DNA from: an uncultured Gammaproteobacteria bacterium
GTDB lineage: Bacteria > Patescibacteriota > Patescibacteriia > VMEV01 > CAZAJQ01
NCBI GenBank assembly: GCA_964485795.1
Contig: CAZAJQ010000002.1
Coordinates: 65,043-129,042, forward strand
Length of the DNA: 64,000 nt
Direction: 5' to 3'
Below, piece after piece: positions 20,521 to 30,150 of this stretch (positions are counted from its first letter, which is position 1; every line of letters begins with the position of its first letter). The translations under genes were made by a program, and so were the position numbers. The notes beneath the pieces are model-generated. The model was not told where the DNA came from. It saw nothing but the letters and a program-made list of their open reading frames with translations, and ran no database searches.

Positions 20521-21405
20521 TCATACGTTATGATCAAGATGTTTTTTTTCCAGATACAGTATCATGCATTCCATCAATTCAACCGTCGTTTGCACGGCTG
20601 CGGCGTCCATACTGCGCAAAATGACGCGAAACCAGTCGGCGTCAAAATCCATATCGCGGATATTCGCACGAAACGAAACGATTTTTGACGCGCATTCCTC
20701 CCCCACCTCTTGCGTCAGTATTTCCACATCAAGCAAAGTCAAAGAGATATATCGTCCGAACGGATTTTCGGTCTTTATGGATATGCCAAAGAGAAAATCG
20801 TTCAAAAAATATATACGTTTTCCGACCGGAAATTTCAATCCATCTTCGGTCACTTCCGAGATTCCCATGCTCGCTCCCAAATCAAGCAATTTCCGAGAAA
20901 TATCGGCGGGCAATGATCGAAATCCGAAAATAAGCTTGAGCGTCAACGCCACAAGACTTGCAAAAATCATTCCCCAAAAAAGTACTGCAAATTCCGAGGA
21001 AAATATCCGTTCCTCATACGTCCTATACCGATATACATTGGATGCGAGACCAAAGGCAACATAGAATATCACCGGAATAATATACAGAAAATATTGAAAA
21101 AAATAAATGTCCCTGTTTCGCTTGCTATTGATGAAAAGATCCGGACGAAACTTCGAAAGAAGCGCTTGAAATTGAATATCAAGCATTGTCCCGAGTTTTT
21201 TTGACAGCAACACATATCCTGCGAGTGCGGGGATAAAAACGATAAAGGAGAGCGCAAACCAAAGCGCGTAAAGCTGCGGGATCGTCAGTCCAAAAACAAA
21301 AAAAAGGAATTCCAATCCTATGCTCCAAAAACAAACGGCGGTCACTATTTTTTTGAATTTCTTTTTATCCATACGCTGTAAAATGTCAGCATGTTCGAAC
21401 GACAT
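20521..21405 (-). CDS. Hypothetical membrane protein (about 4 TM segments plus a soluble C-terminal domain)
   Basis: Hydrophobic stretches in the ORF directly downstream of murC; start uncertain (21405 or 21372). Confidence 0.7.
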   Translation of the reverse strand: MSFEHADILQRMDKKKFKKIVTAVCFWSIGLEFLFFVFGLTIPQLYALWFALSFIVFIPALAGYVLLSKKLGTMLDIQFQALLSKFRPDLFINSKRNRDIYFFQYFLYIIPVIFYVAFGLASNVYRYRTYEERIFSSEFAVLFWGMIFASLVALTLKLIFGFRSLPADISRKLLDLGASMGISEVTEDGLKFPVGKRIYFLNDFLFGISIKTENPFGRYISLTLLDVEILTQEVGEECASKIVSFRANIRDMDFDADWFRVILRSMDAAAVQTTVELMECMILYLEKKHLDHNV

Positions 21406-22783
21406 TTTCCGCCTCGCGGTAAATGTCTCCGGCTCCCAAAAACAGCAACACGCTTTTTTCGTCTGCAAATGGGCTTACCAAATCCCGAATATTCGAAAGG
21501 TTTTCCGCGAATTGAACGGATCTTTTTTTGCGTTTTTCTTTATCCCGCGCTCGAATCGCCGAAACCAAATCTTTGGAACTGATGTCCGCATTCGTAAGAT
21601 CATCCCTGCCGATGACGTGAAATATTTCACTCATTATCACGGCATCAGCGTCGTCAAATGACGAGACGAACTCTAAAAACAATTCTTTCGTGCGATGATG
21701 ATGATGCGGCTGAAAAATCGCGATAACTTTTTTTTCGGGGTAAAACTCCTTTGCTCCCGCCAAAACCGAACGCAAGGCCGACGGATGATGAGCATAATCG
21801 GAAATCACCGATGCTCCGCGATATTGCCCGAGGAGCTCAAAACGTCTCCACGTGCTTTGAAAACGCATCAGCGTTTTCGCGATCGCATCGGACTCCACGC
21901 CCAGCTCCAAGGCCATGAGGCTTGCCGCTGCGGCATTGGCGATATTGTAATCGCCGGGAAACCGCATCGATGTTTGAATTGTTTCCTCATGCTTCCATGT
22001 CAAATCAAAACACATCTTTCCCGCGCGAACGATTCCTTTTGACGCTTTCAAATCCGCTGACGCAAGAAATCCGAACGTCTTGGTTTTCAACTCGGATTTT
22101 TCGATGCGATCTTTGAGGATCGGATCGTCGGCATTGATGACGGCAAATCCCCGATGTCGAATCTTGTCCAAAAATTGCTGAAACGATGCGATTTCATTGT
22201 CAAACGTCTGAAAATAATCCATGTGATCCGGCTCTATATTGGTGATGATTTCGTACGTGGGATGCAAAAGAAGAAAATGATCTCGAAATTCGCAGGCTTC
22301 CACCACGAGGAATTCGCCTTTCCCGCCGCGAAAATTGCTTTTCCACTCCTTCACGATGCTGCCGACAATCACCGTCGGATCCAGCCCGGCCGCCTCAAGC
22401 ATCAGCCCCAGCATGGCCGTCGTAGTCGTTTTCCCCTTGTTTCCGGCTATGGCAATAGTGGTATAGAGTTTTGACAGCTCCCCCAGACAAGCGTTGTAGC
22501 TCATCTGACGGATACCTCGCGCAGTCGCCATCGTTCGTTCGGGATTACCTTCCGGAACCGCCGAGCTGTACACGATCAAATCAACGCTATCGTCGAGATG
22601 CTTTGCATCATGTCCGATGAACATTTCAACACCTTTTTTTTTCAAATCATCCGTTATAAATGATGCGTTTTGATCCGATCCCGATACCGTGATGCCGCGC
22701 GAATGAAACCATTTTGCAAGGGCTGAAATACCGATGCCTCCGATACCGATGCAATGTATTTTTCGGAATTTTTCAAATTTCAT
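21386..22783 (-). CDS. murC: UDP-N-acetylmuramate--L-alanine ligase
   Basis: HCIGIGGIGISALA, GNKGKTTTT, VEACE, DHMDYF, DYAHHP, FQPH. Confidence 0.96.
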   Translation of the reverse strand: MKFEKFRKIHCIGIGGIGISALAKWFHSRGITVSGSDQNASFITDDLKKKGVEMFIGHDAKHLDDSVDLIVYSSAVPEGNPERTMATARGIRQMSYNACLGELSKLYTTIAIAGNKGKTTTTAMLGLMLEAAGLDPTVIVGSIVKEWKSNFRGGKGEFLVVEACEFRDHFLLLHPTYEIITNIEPDHMDYFQTFDNEIASFQQFLDKIRHRGFAVINADDPILKDRIEKSELKTKTFGFLASADLKASKGIVRAGKMCFDLTWKHEETIQTSMRFPGDYNIANAAAASLMALELGVESDAIAKTLMRFQSTWRRFELLGQYRGASVISDYAHHPSALRSVLAGAKEFYPEKKVIAIFQPHHHHRTKELFLEFVSSFDDADAVIMSEIFHVIGRDDLTNADISSKDLVSAIRARDKEKRKKRSVQFAENLSNIRDLVSPFADEKSVLLFLGAGDIYREAENVVRTC

Positions 22784-23862
22784 ACATTTTTTGATTTCGC
22801 GAGTGTTATGATGATGTCCGAAATCCTTTCATTCGCGCCTTTCATCATGATAGCGCCGATATTATTTTGCAATGAACTTTTTTTATTGTCATTGTCAAAG
22901 AGCTCCATAAGCATGTTTGAAAAAAAATTCGGATCAAAACTCGCTTCGTCATATGTAAGCGCCGCCTTTTTTTCTTCAAAGTATCGGGCGTTTTCTTCTT
23001 GATGCGAGCGAGGAAGCGGGATAAGGAGGGAAACTTTTTTCAAAAAACACAACTCGGTCAATGTGGACATTCCGGCGCGAGACACCACGATGTCGGCGCA
23101 TGACAAGATATCCGCCATCGCATCCGTGGCGAAGTGCATCGCATGGTAGCGATCCCTGCCCTTCGCGATACGCGGCAATTTCACATCTTTTTTCTCCCCG
23201 AGAAGATGGATCACCTGAAATCGCTTCAGAAGAATCGGCAATGACGTCGTGATTTTTTCATTGAGATGCAAGGCGCCGCTCCCTCCGCCGGTAATGAGCA
23301 ACACGGGGAAATCATGGGTCAATCCGAACGATTGATACGCTTTCTCCTTGCTTCCGCTCAATATCTCCGGACGCACGAGATTTCCGGTCAATTCGGTTTT
23401 TTCTTTTTGAAACGATTGGAGGGTGATCTCAAACGTAACCGTGATTTTTGTCGCCATGCGGCTGCAAATGCGGTTTGCCAGTCCCACTTTCACGTCCTGC
23501 TGATGCATGAGACAAGGAATTTTCAGCCGTTGTGCGGCGATAAAAACCGGTACGGCGACAAATCCCCCGACTGATACGATCACATCCGGCCGATAGGTTT
23601 TCAACGTTACATACGACTGACAGATGCCCAAGAGCACCTTCCATGGATCCACGAGATTCCAAAGAGAAAAGTACCTTCGCCATTTTCCCGAAAAAATCTT
23701 TTTTTGATCGATGCCATAATCCGCTGCAAGTTTTTTCTCCATCGATGAACCGGATCCTATCAATAAAAAATCACACGGCGTCTTTTTTTCAAGCGACTTT
23801 TTCAAGGCAAAAAGCGGCATCAACGCTCCGCCGGTGGACCCCCCGCAAAAAACGATTTTCAT
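22780..23862 (-). CDS. murG: Lipid II GlcNAc transferase MurG
   Basis: GGSTGG, GGFVAVP, GLANR, TGGGSGA, SRAGMST, HQEENA. Confidence 0.95.
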   Translation of the reverse strand: MKIVFCGGSTGGALMPLFALKKSLEKKTPCDFLLIGSGSSMEKKLAADYGIDQKKIFSGKWRRYFSLWNLVDPWKVLLGICQSYVTLKTYRPDVIVSVGGFVAVPVFIAAQRLKIPCLMHQQDVKVGLANRICSRMATKITVTFEITLQSFQKEKTELTGNLVRPEILSGSKEKAYQSFGLTHDFPVLLITGGGSGALHLNEKITTSLPILLKRFQVIHLLGEKKDVKLPRIAKGRDRYHAMHFATDAMADILSCADIVVSRAGMSTLTELCFLKKVSLLIPLPRSHQEENARYFEEKKAALTYDEASFDPNFFSNMLMELFDNDNKKSSLQNNIGAIMMKGANERISDIIITLAKSKNV

Positions 23863-23971
23863 AACTTTCTATGTATTACAAAGTTTCCCCTGCGATCTGA
23901 ATGCTCATTTCAAATTCATGAGAATCAAAACCCTCGATTGATGACTCGCTTGTCAAAAATATCATCATCAT

Positions 23972-25114
23972 TCAAGCTGAAACATATCTTTTTTTCTTCA
24001 TGGACTGCTCCACGGTTTGCTTGGAAATATTGATCAAAATGCCCACCGCTATGAGCAATATCACCAATGACGAGGAACCATAGCTGATGAAAGGCAAAGT
24101 CAAGCCTGTCAAGGGAAGTAATCCTACCATGGCGGCAATGTTGATAAAAGCCTGCAATGAAATCCACGATACGATTCCGGCCGACAAAAGCATGGAAAAC
24201 CGATCCGGAGCGTATCGAGCAATAAAAAAACCGCGATAGGCCAATAGTCCGAACAAAATGACAAGAAACGAAATGAATACAAATCCCAATTCCTCGGCCA
24301 TCACCGCGAAAATCGAATCTCCGATCACTTCCGGCAAATACAGATGTTTTTGCCTTGAATGTCCGAATCCGACTCCAAAGAGTCCGCCGGATCCGATGGC
24401 GAGCAAGGCCTGATTGATATGATAGCCAGCGCCTCCGGGATCAAGATCGGGATTGAGAAAAACTTTGAACCGCGCCGCTCGGTACGGTGCGATGCGGATG
24501 AGCAGGGCAAGAAACGCCATACCCGCCATACCAAGGCCCAAAAGATACTTCACGGATGCCCCGCCGATAAAGTATACGACGAGACTGATCATGACAATGA
24601 TGGACATGGTGCCGATATCCGGCTGCATGGCGATAAGGAAAATAACGAGAAGCAACGCGCTTACGAAAGGTATGAATCCGCTTTGAAAATCCTTGACCTT
24701 GCGCTCTCCTCTTTTTTCCAGCCATGCCGCCAAATACATGAGAAAGGTAAGCTTCAAAAGTTCGGACGGTTGAAATGCGATGCCGAAAAAATTCACCCAG
24801 CTTCGCGCTCCTCCCAGCTTTATTCCGATTCCCGGAATGAAAACCAGTATCAGGAGCGCCATCGTGAAAAGCAACAAGAGAAAAGCGTATTTTTTCCACA
24901 CTCGATAATCGATGCGTGAAACGATAAAAAGAAAAACCAGCCCCGGCAATACGCCGTACAAAAGCTGATGTTTGATGTAATAATAACTGTCTCCGAATTT
25001 ATGAAACGCTACGGCCGTGCTCACCGATGAAAGCATGAACAACCCAAAAAAAAGGATGCTCGCAAAAATCCCCACAAACCAATAATCCGCTTTGTGATAC
25101 GCGATGTTTTTCAG
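23972..25114 (-). CDS. ftsW: Cell division SEDS protein FtsW (probable CTG start at 25114; first canonical start is GTG 25075)
   Basis: GARSW, FQPSELLK, QPDIGT, AIGSGGLFGVG, LPEVIGDSIFAVMAEELG, LPLTGLTLPFISYGSSS. Confidence 0.93.
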   Translation of the reverse strand: MKNIAYHKADYWFVGIFASILFFGLFMLSSVSTAVAFHKFGDSYYYIKHQLLYGVLPGLVFLFIVSRIDYRVWKKYAFLLLLFTMALLILVFIPGIGIKLGGARSWVNFFGIAFQPSELLKLTFLMYLAAWLEKRGERKVKDFQSGFIPFVSALLLVIFLIAMQPDIGTMSIIVMISLVVYFIGGASVKYLLGLGMAGMAFLALLIRIAPYRAARFKVFLNPDLDPGGAGYHINQALLAIGSGGLFGVGFGHSRQKHLYLPEVIGDSIFAVMAEELGFVFISFLVILFGLLAYRGFFIARYAPDRFSMLLSAGIVSWISLQAFINIAAMVGLLPLTGLTLPFISYGSSSLVILLIAVGILINISKQTVEQSMKKKRYVSA

Positions 25115-25148
25115 AAACGATGTCTCAAAAAAGAAATTTTGAGTTCCT

Positions 25149-26567
25149 TCACTTCTCGTCCGAGCCAGTTATTTTTTTCACCTCCTCGATGAATTGCATC
25201 CCGCGCGTGAACTCATCGTAAAAAGGAAGCCAGCTCACTCCCGGAGACAAGAGCACGATATCGCCGCTTGTCGCCCCTTGATGCGCAAGTGCAACCGCCT
25301 CCTTCATATCCGAGACTTTTTGACCAAACGCCGGGAAACTTTCGGAAGCTTTGCCGGGAAGCAGTATCAATTTTTTCACGCGATCCGCGATTTTTCCGTT
25401 CATCTCTGAAAGATCCAGCCCCTTGGCGTTGTTTCCTCCGGCGATGAGAATAATCGGGTTGTCCGGAAAGGTATCCAATGCGGCGACGGTGGCGTACGGC
25501 GTGGTGGACGTCGTGTCATTGTAATACCGAACCCCGTTTTGATCGGCGATCAATTCAAGACGATGCGGAACTCCCGTAAATCCGTAGACCGCGTTTCGTA
25601 TCTTGGCATCGGAAATATCCGCAAGCTTTGCCGCGCATACCGCGAGCATGACATTGCCAACATTGTGTTTGCCCAAAAGTCGGATTTTGGAAATGTCTAT
25701 CAAAGATTCATCGTTTTGACCGTCTGAAAAATGGATATGACCGTTCATTTCATAACAGCCCATCTTTTTTGATCCGAGGCTGCCCTTGTGCGTGCAATAA
25801 TACACTTGAGCCGGCGCGTCTTTTGACATGGCAAGGGCTTCTTCATTGTCCAACGTGGTGACGAGAAAGTCATTTCGACCCTGATACAGCATAATATTTC
25901 GCTTGGCGTCTTTGTAGGCCTGGAAACTCCCGTGTTTTTCCAGATGGTCGGGCATGAGATTGGTAAGCACCGCAATATGGGGAGCGGGCGTGGATGCGTC
26001 GAAATTTTCCAGCATGAAGCTGGAAAGTTCCAGCACGACCGGAGTATGTGGCGACACTTCATCAAAATGCGCCAGCGGCGATACGGTCACATTTCCGCCC
26101 AGTATCGCGTCCGGATATTGCGAGGCGATTATTTTGTGAATCAAAGTCGTGGTCGTGGTTTTCCCGCGCGTGCCGGTAACGGCAACGATGTTTTTGCTCG
26201 GGGTATTTTTCAAAAAAAGCGTAATGTCATTTTCGACGGAAATATGATTTTTTTTTGCATGTGCGATATAGACGCTCTTCATCGGCACATCGGGATTTCT
26301 CACGATCATGTCCGCATCTTCAAAGTCCGAGAGTTCATGTTTTCCGAGGACAAAGCGAACGCGATCGTCGCGTATCGAGTGCTTGCGCATGAAATCGCGC
26401 AATGAAGCGAGCGGAGCCGCGAGGGCGATCTCGTCCAAAAGATCGGTGACGGTCACTACGGCACCGTGAAGCAATAAAAACTTCGCGGCCGATATGCCGC
26501 TTCCCTGGCCATACCTTCCCAGTCCCATAACCGTGATAATTTTATTCAAAAAAAGATTGCGTTTCAT
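25149..26567 (-). CDS. murD: UDP-N-acetylmuramoyl-L-alanine--D-glutamate ligase
   Basis: VTGTRGKTTTT, LELSSFML, PDHL, HRLE, NDTTST, LLSPG. Confidence 0.95.
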   Translation of the reverse strand: MKRNLFLNKIITVMGLGRYGQGSGISAAKFLLLHGAVVTVTDLLDEIALAAPLASLRDFMRKHSIRDDRVRFVLGKHELSDFEDADMIVRNPDVPMKSVYIAHAKKNHISVENDITLFLKNTPSKNIVAVTGTRGKTTTTTLIHKIIASQYPDAILGGNVTVSPLAHFDEVSPHTPVVLELSSFMLENFDASTPAPHIAVLTNLMPDHLEKHGSFQAYKDAKRNIMLYQGRNDFLVTTLDNEEALAMSKDAPAQVYYCTHKGSLGSKKMGCYEMNGHIHFSDGQNDESLIDISKIRLLGKHNVGNVMLAVCAAKLADISDAKIRNAVYGFTGVPHRLELIADQNGVRYYNDTTSTTPYATVAALDTFPDNPIILIAGGNNAKGLDLSEMNGKIADRVKKLILLPGKASESFPAFGQKVSDMKEAVALAHQGATSGDIVLLSPGVSWLPFYDEFTRGMQFIEEVKKITGSDEK

Positions 26568-26679
26568 ATTTTTCTCTTTTTCGATGCTTTGGATTCTCGA
26601 CTATGAATCTTCGTTTTTTAAAAAAAATGATACGCTCTTTGCTCCGCGATAGAGCTTCAGCGCATTCCGATAGTTCGCA

Positions 26680-27438
26680 TCACCATGTCTTCATTCCGGC
26701 TATCGTCAAAAGTCTTTTTCCAAGAACCTCTCCTTTCTGCCGATAATACGAAGGAAGATGTTTTGATGAACACGAGGTGCAGATCGGAGAAATTTCGATC
26801 TTTTTCACTCCAAAATCCTTGAGCACCGCTTCGTTTGCGGCTCGGATGTCCAGTACCCGTTTTCCGCCGGTTTCAAACGCCGCTTTTTTTCCGAACATGT
26901 TTAAAAAATTCTCATACCTGCTGTCTTTCGCCATTGCAACGTCATAGCAACAGGAACCGATGGACGGACCCAAATATGCGATCAGCTCGCAAGGATCGAT
27001 TTTCCATCTTCTCACCATCATTTGCAAAGCGTTTCCGGTAATATTTTGCAATGTCCCCTTCCATCCGGCATGGATATTGGCAATCACGTCGTTTTCCGGG
27101 TCGTAGAGAACGACGGGAACGCAATCGAGTGTCTTGATGACGAGGTATATCCCGTGTTTATCCGTCAGCATTCCATCCGTATTTTCGACTCGGCCAAAAT
27201 TTTCCTGCAATCCCCTTCCCCGATCATCATGGGAAACTTCCCTGACATTCCCCGAATGCGTCTGATCGCAAGCGACGCAATCTTCATAGGAAAGGTTCGA
27301 TTCGGAAAGCAGGTTTTCAAATTCCTGCGATCGAATATCCGAAAGATTTTGTCGAGTCGAACTTTCAAATGTCAGCACCATGACCCGCGGGTATCGTGAT
27401 AATGATTCGGAATAATAACCCTTTACCGATTCGCTCAT
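26680..27438 (-). CDS. pgeF: Peptidoglycan editing factor PgeF (YfiH family)
   Basis: QTHS, DGMLT, TLDCVPV, HAGWKG, GPSIGSCCY, CTSC…SYYR; ATG overlaps the mraY stop. Confidence 0.9.
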   Translation of the reverse strand: MSESVKGYYSESLSRYPRVMVLTFESSTRQNLSDIRSQEFENLLSESNLSYEDCVACDQTHSGNVREVSHDDRGRGLQENFGRVENTDGMLTDKHGIYLVIKTLDCVPVVLYDPENDVIANIHAGWKGTLQNITGNALQMMVRRWKIDPCELIAYLGPSIGSCCYDVAMAKDSRYENFLNMFGKKAAFETGGKRVLDIRAANEAVLKDFGVKKIEISPICTSCSSKHLPSYYRQKGEVLGKRLLTIAGMKTW

Positions 27439-28514
27439 ACGGATAAAAACATGGAATGATCCAAGAGAAACAGAGAAAGTCCGAGCACGGCCGCCATAAA
27501 TCCGATCACCCAAAAACGCATGGTGATTTTGTGCTTTGGCCAACCGAGGGCTTCAAAATGATGATGAATCGGTGCGGAGAGAAACACTTTTTTTCCGAAC
27601 AATTTTTTTGACGTCAGCTGAATGGCCACGCTTGCCGCCTCAAGAAAAATAAGAAATCCGATGACGAGCAGAAGTATCACCGAGTCCGTGATAAAGGCGA
27701 TCACCGCTATCGTCGTGGTCAATCCCAAGCTTCCGGTTTCACCCATATAAAATCGTGCGGGAGGGATATTGAACCACAAAAATCCCAGAAGCGCTCCGAC
27801 GATCACCGCGCAAAGTACGGCCAGATCATATTGCCCGCGCACAAAAGCCATCGCCGCAAACGTCGCAAATATCGTCGAGAAACTTCCGCCCGCAAGGCCG
27901 TCCAGCCCGTCGATGACACCGCCGGAAAAAACCGCCAGCATCATAAAAATGAAAAAAGGCGCATACCAGATTCCAAGCGAAATATCTCCCCAAAATGGCA
28001 CATGGAGCGTATGCCATCCCAATTTTTGATAAAACCAATACGCTCCCACCATCCCGATAAGCAACACCACAAAAGCTCGTATGCGAAAACTCAAGCCGGC
28101 TCCTTTTTTCACGGGGCCGATGCCGAGGATGACAAGGATATCGTCAATCAATCCGAGAAGCGACGCCGAAATAAGCGTGAAAAATGGAATCCATGTTTGC
28201 TCGCGGCTCAAAAAATTCAGCCGATCCCACAAGGGGCTCGGAAGAATCCATGAAAGTAAAAAAACCCCACCTGTCAAAATCAAAGTCGTCCCCCATACGA
28301 GGATACCGCCCATGCGTGGCGTGCTCACTTCGGCAGTCCCGTGCAATTTGGTGAAAATCGGAGTCGCCGAACCGTCCGGAGCCTCGGTACGCGCCTTTTT
28401 TTTCCAGCATTGATATTTATAAAGGTAATGCGTCAAAAGCGGAGCGCATACTATGGAAATGGCGAATGCTACGGATGAAAAAACAAACATGCGAATGGCA
28501 AAAAAGGTATCCAT
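27435..28514 (-). CDS. mraY: Phospho-N-acetylmuramoyl-pentapeptide transferase
   Basis: TPRMGG, GLIDD, DGLDGLAGG, FNIPPARFYMGETGS, APIHHHFE. Confidence 0.96.
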   Translation of the reverse strand: MDTFFAIRMFVFSSVAFAISIVCAPLLTHYLYKYQCWKKKARTEAPDGSATPIFTKLHGTAEVSTPRMGGILVWGTTLILTGGVFLLSWILPSPLWDRLNFLSREQTWIPFFTLISASLLGLIDDILVILGIGPVKKGAGLSFRIRAFVVLLIGMVGAYWFYQKLGWHTLHVPFWGDISLGIWYAPFFIFMMLAVFSGGVIDGLDGLAGGSFSTIFATFAAMAFVRGQYDLAVLCAVIVGALLGFLWFNIPPARFYMGETGSLGLTTTIAVIAFITDSVILLLVIGFLIFLEAASVAIQLTSKKLFGKKVFLSAPIHHHFEALGWPKHKITMRFWVIGFMAAVLGLSLFLLDHSMFLSV

Positions 28515-28519
28515 AAAAA

Positions 28520-28873
28520 TTATACATTGAGAAGGAGACTAAAGATGCCGGCTATAATCAGGATGATTTGGCAAATCATCGACGCAAAGACAAAAAAGTA
28601 CGTCAATAGCATATTCTTTCGAAAAAACAGCAATGCCATCACGGTATTGATCAAAAAAATGACGCTTCCCAAAGCCGGAATCACGTAGATGTAATACCAG
28701 TAATGCTGAAAATCAATATTGAAATAGATGTTGTAATGAAGAGGAATGGGATTTTCGGAAACCACGACTCGGCTCGATATGAAAAAATACAAAACCGCAT
28801 TTCCGATCAAAGCCATCAGTACCCCAAACAAAAGAGGCTTGGTGAAAAAAAAATCTTTGAACAATGATTTCAT
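28520..28873 (-). CDS. Small membrane protein (IPLHYNIYF motif, DUF1648-like)
   Basis: Three hydrophobic segments; lies in the iscS-mraY operon. Confidence 0.7.
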   Translation of the reverse strand: MKSLFKDFFFTKPLLFGVLMALIGNAVLYFFISSRVVVSENPIPLHYNIYFNIDFQHYWYYIYVIPALGSVIFLINTVMALLFFRKNMLLTYFFVFASMICQIILIIAGIFSLLLNV

Positions 28874-30069
28874 ATTTTTTTCATTCGCAATTCACGCACT
28901 TTTTTTTCAATCACGGAGATGCAGCGATTCACTTCCTGCAGCGTATTGTATTTTCCAAACGTGAATCGCAAAGAAGATGCGGCAATCTCGGCATCGGCTT
29001 TGATGGCCGTAAAAACGTGCGATACGGACAGTGAACCTGAGGCGCACGCCGATCCATGTGATGCGGATATTCCCTCATGATCAAGGGAAAGAAGCAAGGC
29101 TTCGGCGGTTATTCCCCTGAAACTCACATTGACGTTGCTTGGAACGCGATGCTTGAGACTGCCATTGATCACCGTTTCGGGAATGGTTTTTAATCCTGAA
29201 AGGAAGGCCTTTTGCAAACATATCATTTTTTCACGCCCATGTTCTTTTTCGTCCTTTTGCATCTCAACGGCTTTTCCCATTCCGACGATAAGGGGTGTGT
29301 TCTGCGTACCGGGTACAATGCCCCTTTCCTGCGAACCACCAAAGCATATGGGATCTACTTTCACACCTCGTCTGATGAAAAGCGCGCCGATGCCCTTTGG
29401 CCCGTAGATTTTGTGACCGCTGCATGAAAGCAGATCCACCGCCAATGCGTTCACATCGCATGGCAGCCATGCGATAGCCTGCGTGGCATCCGTATGAAAT
29501 ATGATCGGAATATCCCCGCCTTTCAAACGCTCTTTATTGAGATCTCCTATCGCCTTTCCTATCTCCGCAATCGGCTGAATGGTCCCGAGTTCATGGTTCA
29601 CATACATGACGGACACCAAAAAAGTTTGGGGTGAGATGTGCTTTACAAGCTCCGAAACGTCCACATGGCCGTCTTTTCGAACGCCGACAAAGGATACTTC
29701 AAACCCGTTTCGCTCCAGCGCAATGCATGTCTCAAATACCGAAGGATGCTCGATGGCGGTCGTCACGATATGAAGCTTCCCGTTTCCGTATTTTCTCCTT
29801 GCGAAACCCGCCGCTCCCTGCAAGGCGATATTATTGCTTTCCGTAGCGCCGCCCGTAAAAAAAATCTCACCGTAATGACATCCAAAAAAATTCGCTACCC
29901 TATCGCGACTCTTGTCAATCGCCGCAATGGCGGCCTGTCCATGGGCGTGAACGCTGCCGGGATTCCCGTAGTGGGTCAAAAAATACGGTCTCATGCTTTC
30001 CCATACGTCGCTGTCCAGCGCGGTACTGGCGGCATTGTCAAAATATATAGGGTGCTTTTGATATTTCAT
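28870..30069 (-). CDS. iscS: Cysteine desulfurase (IscS/NifS group I)
   Basis: YFDNAAST, GNPGS, FTGGATESNN, HTDATQ, SGHKIYGPKG, GSACASG. Confidence 0.93.
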   Translation of the reverse strand: MKYQKHPIYFDNAASTALDSDVWESMRPYFLTHYGNPGSVHAHGQAAIAAIDKSRDRVANFFGCHYGEIFFTGGATESNNIALQGAAGFARRKYGNGKLHIVTTAIEHPSVFETCIALERNGFEVSFVGVRKDGHVDVSELVKHISPQTFLVSVMYVNHELGTIQPIAEIGKAIGDLNKERLKGGDIPIIFHTDATQAIAWLPCDVNALAVDLLSCSGHKIYGPKGIGALFIRRGVKVDPICFGGSQERGIVPGTQNTPLIVGMGKAVEMQKDEKEHGREKMICLQKAFLSGLKTIPETVINGSLKHRVPSNVNVSFRGITAEALLLSLDHEGISASHGSACASGSLSVSHVFTAIKADAEIAASSLRFTFGKYNTLQEVNRCISVIEKKVRELRMKKI

Positions 30070-30150
30070 AACGCCGCACCGTATCATGAAAAATTACAAA
30101 AAACAAGGCTTTTCCTTTGTTTATTATTATAGCATACTGACCCGACCGGC

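Noticed and set aside
20349-20537. 62-aa ORF upstream of secA as a SecM-like arrest peptide
   Set aside because: It has no signal peptide or known arrest motif, and it contains the predicted secA promoter.
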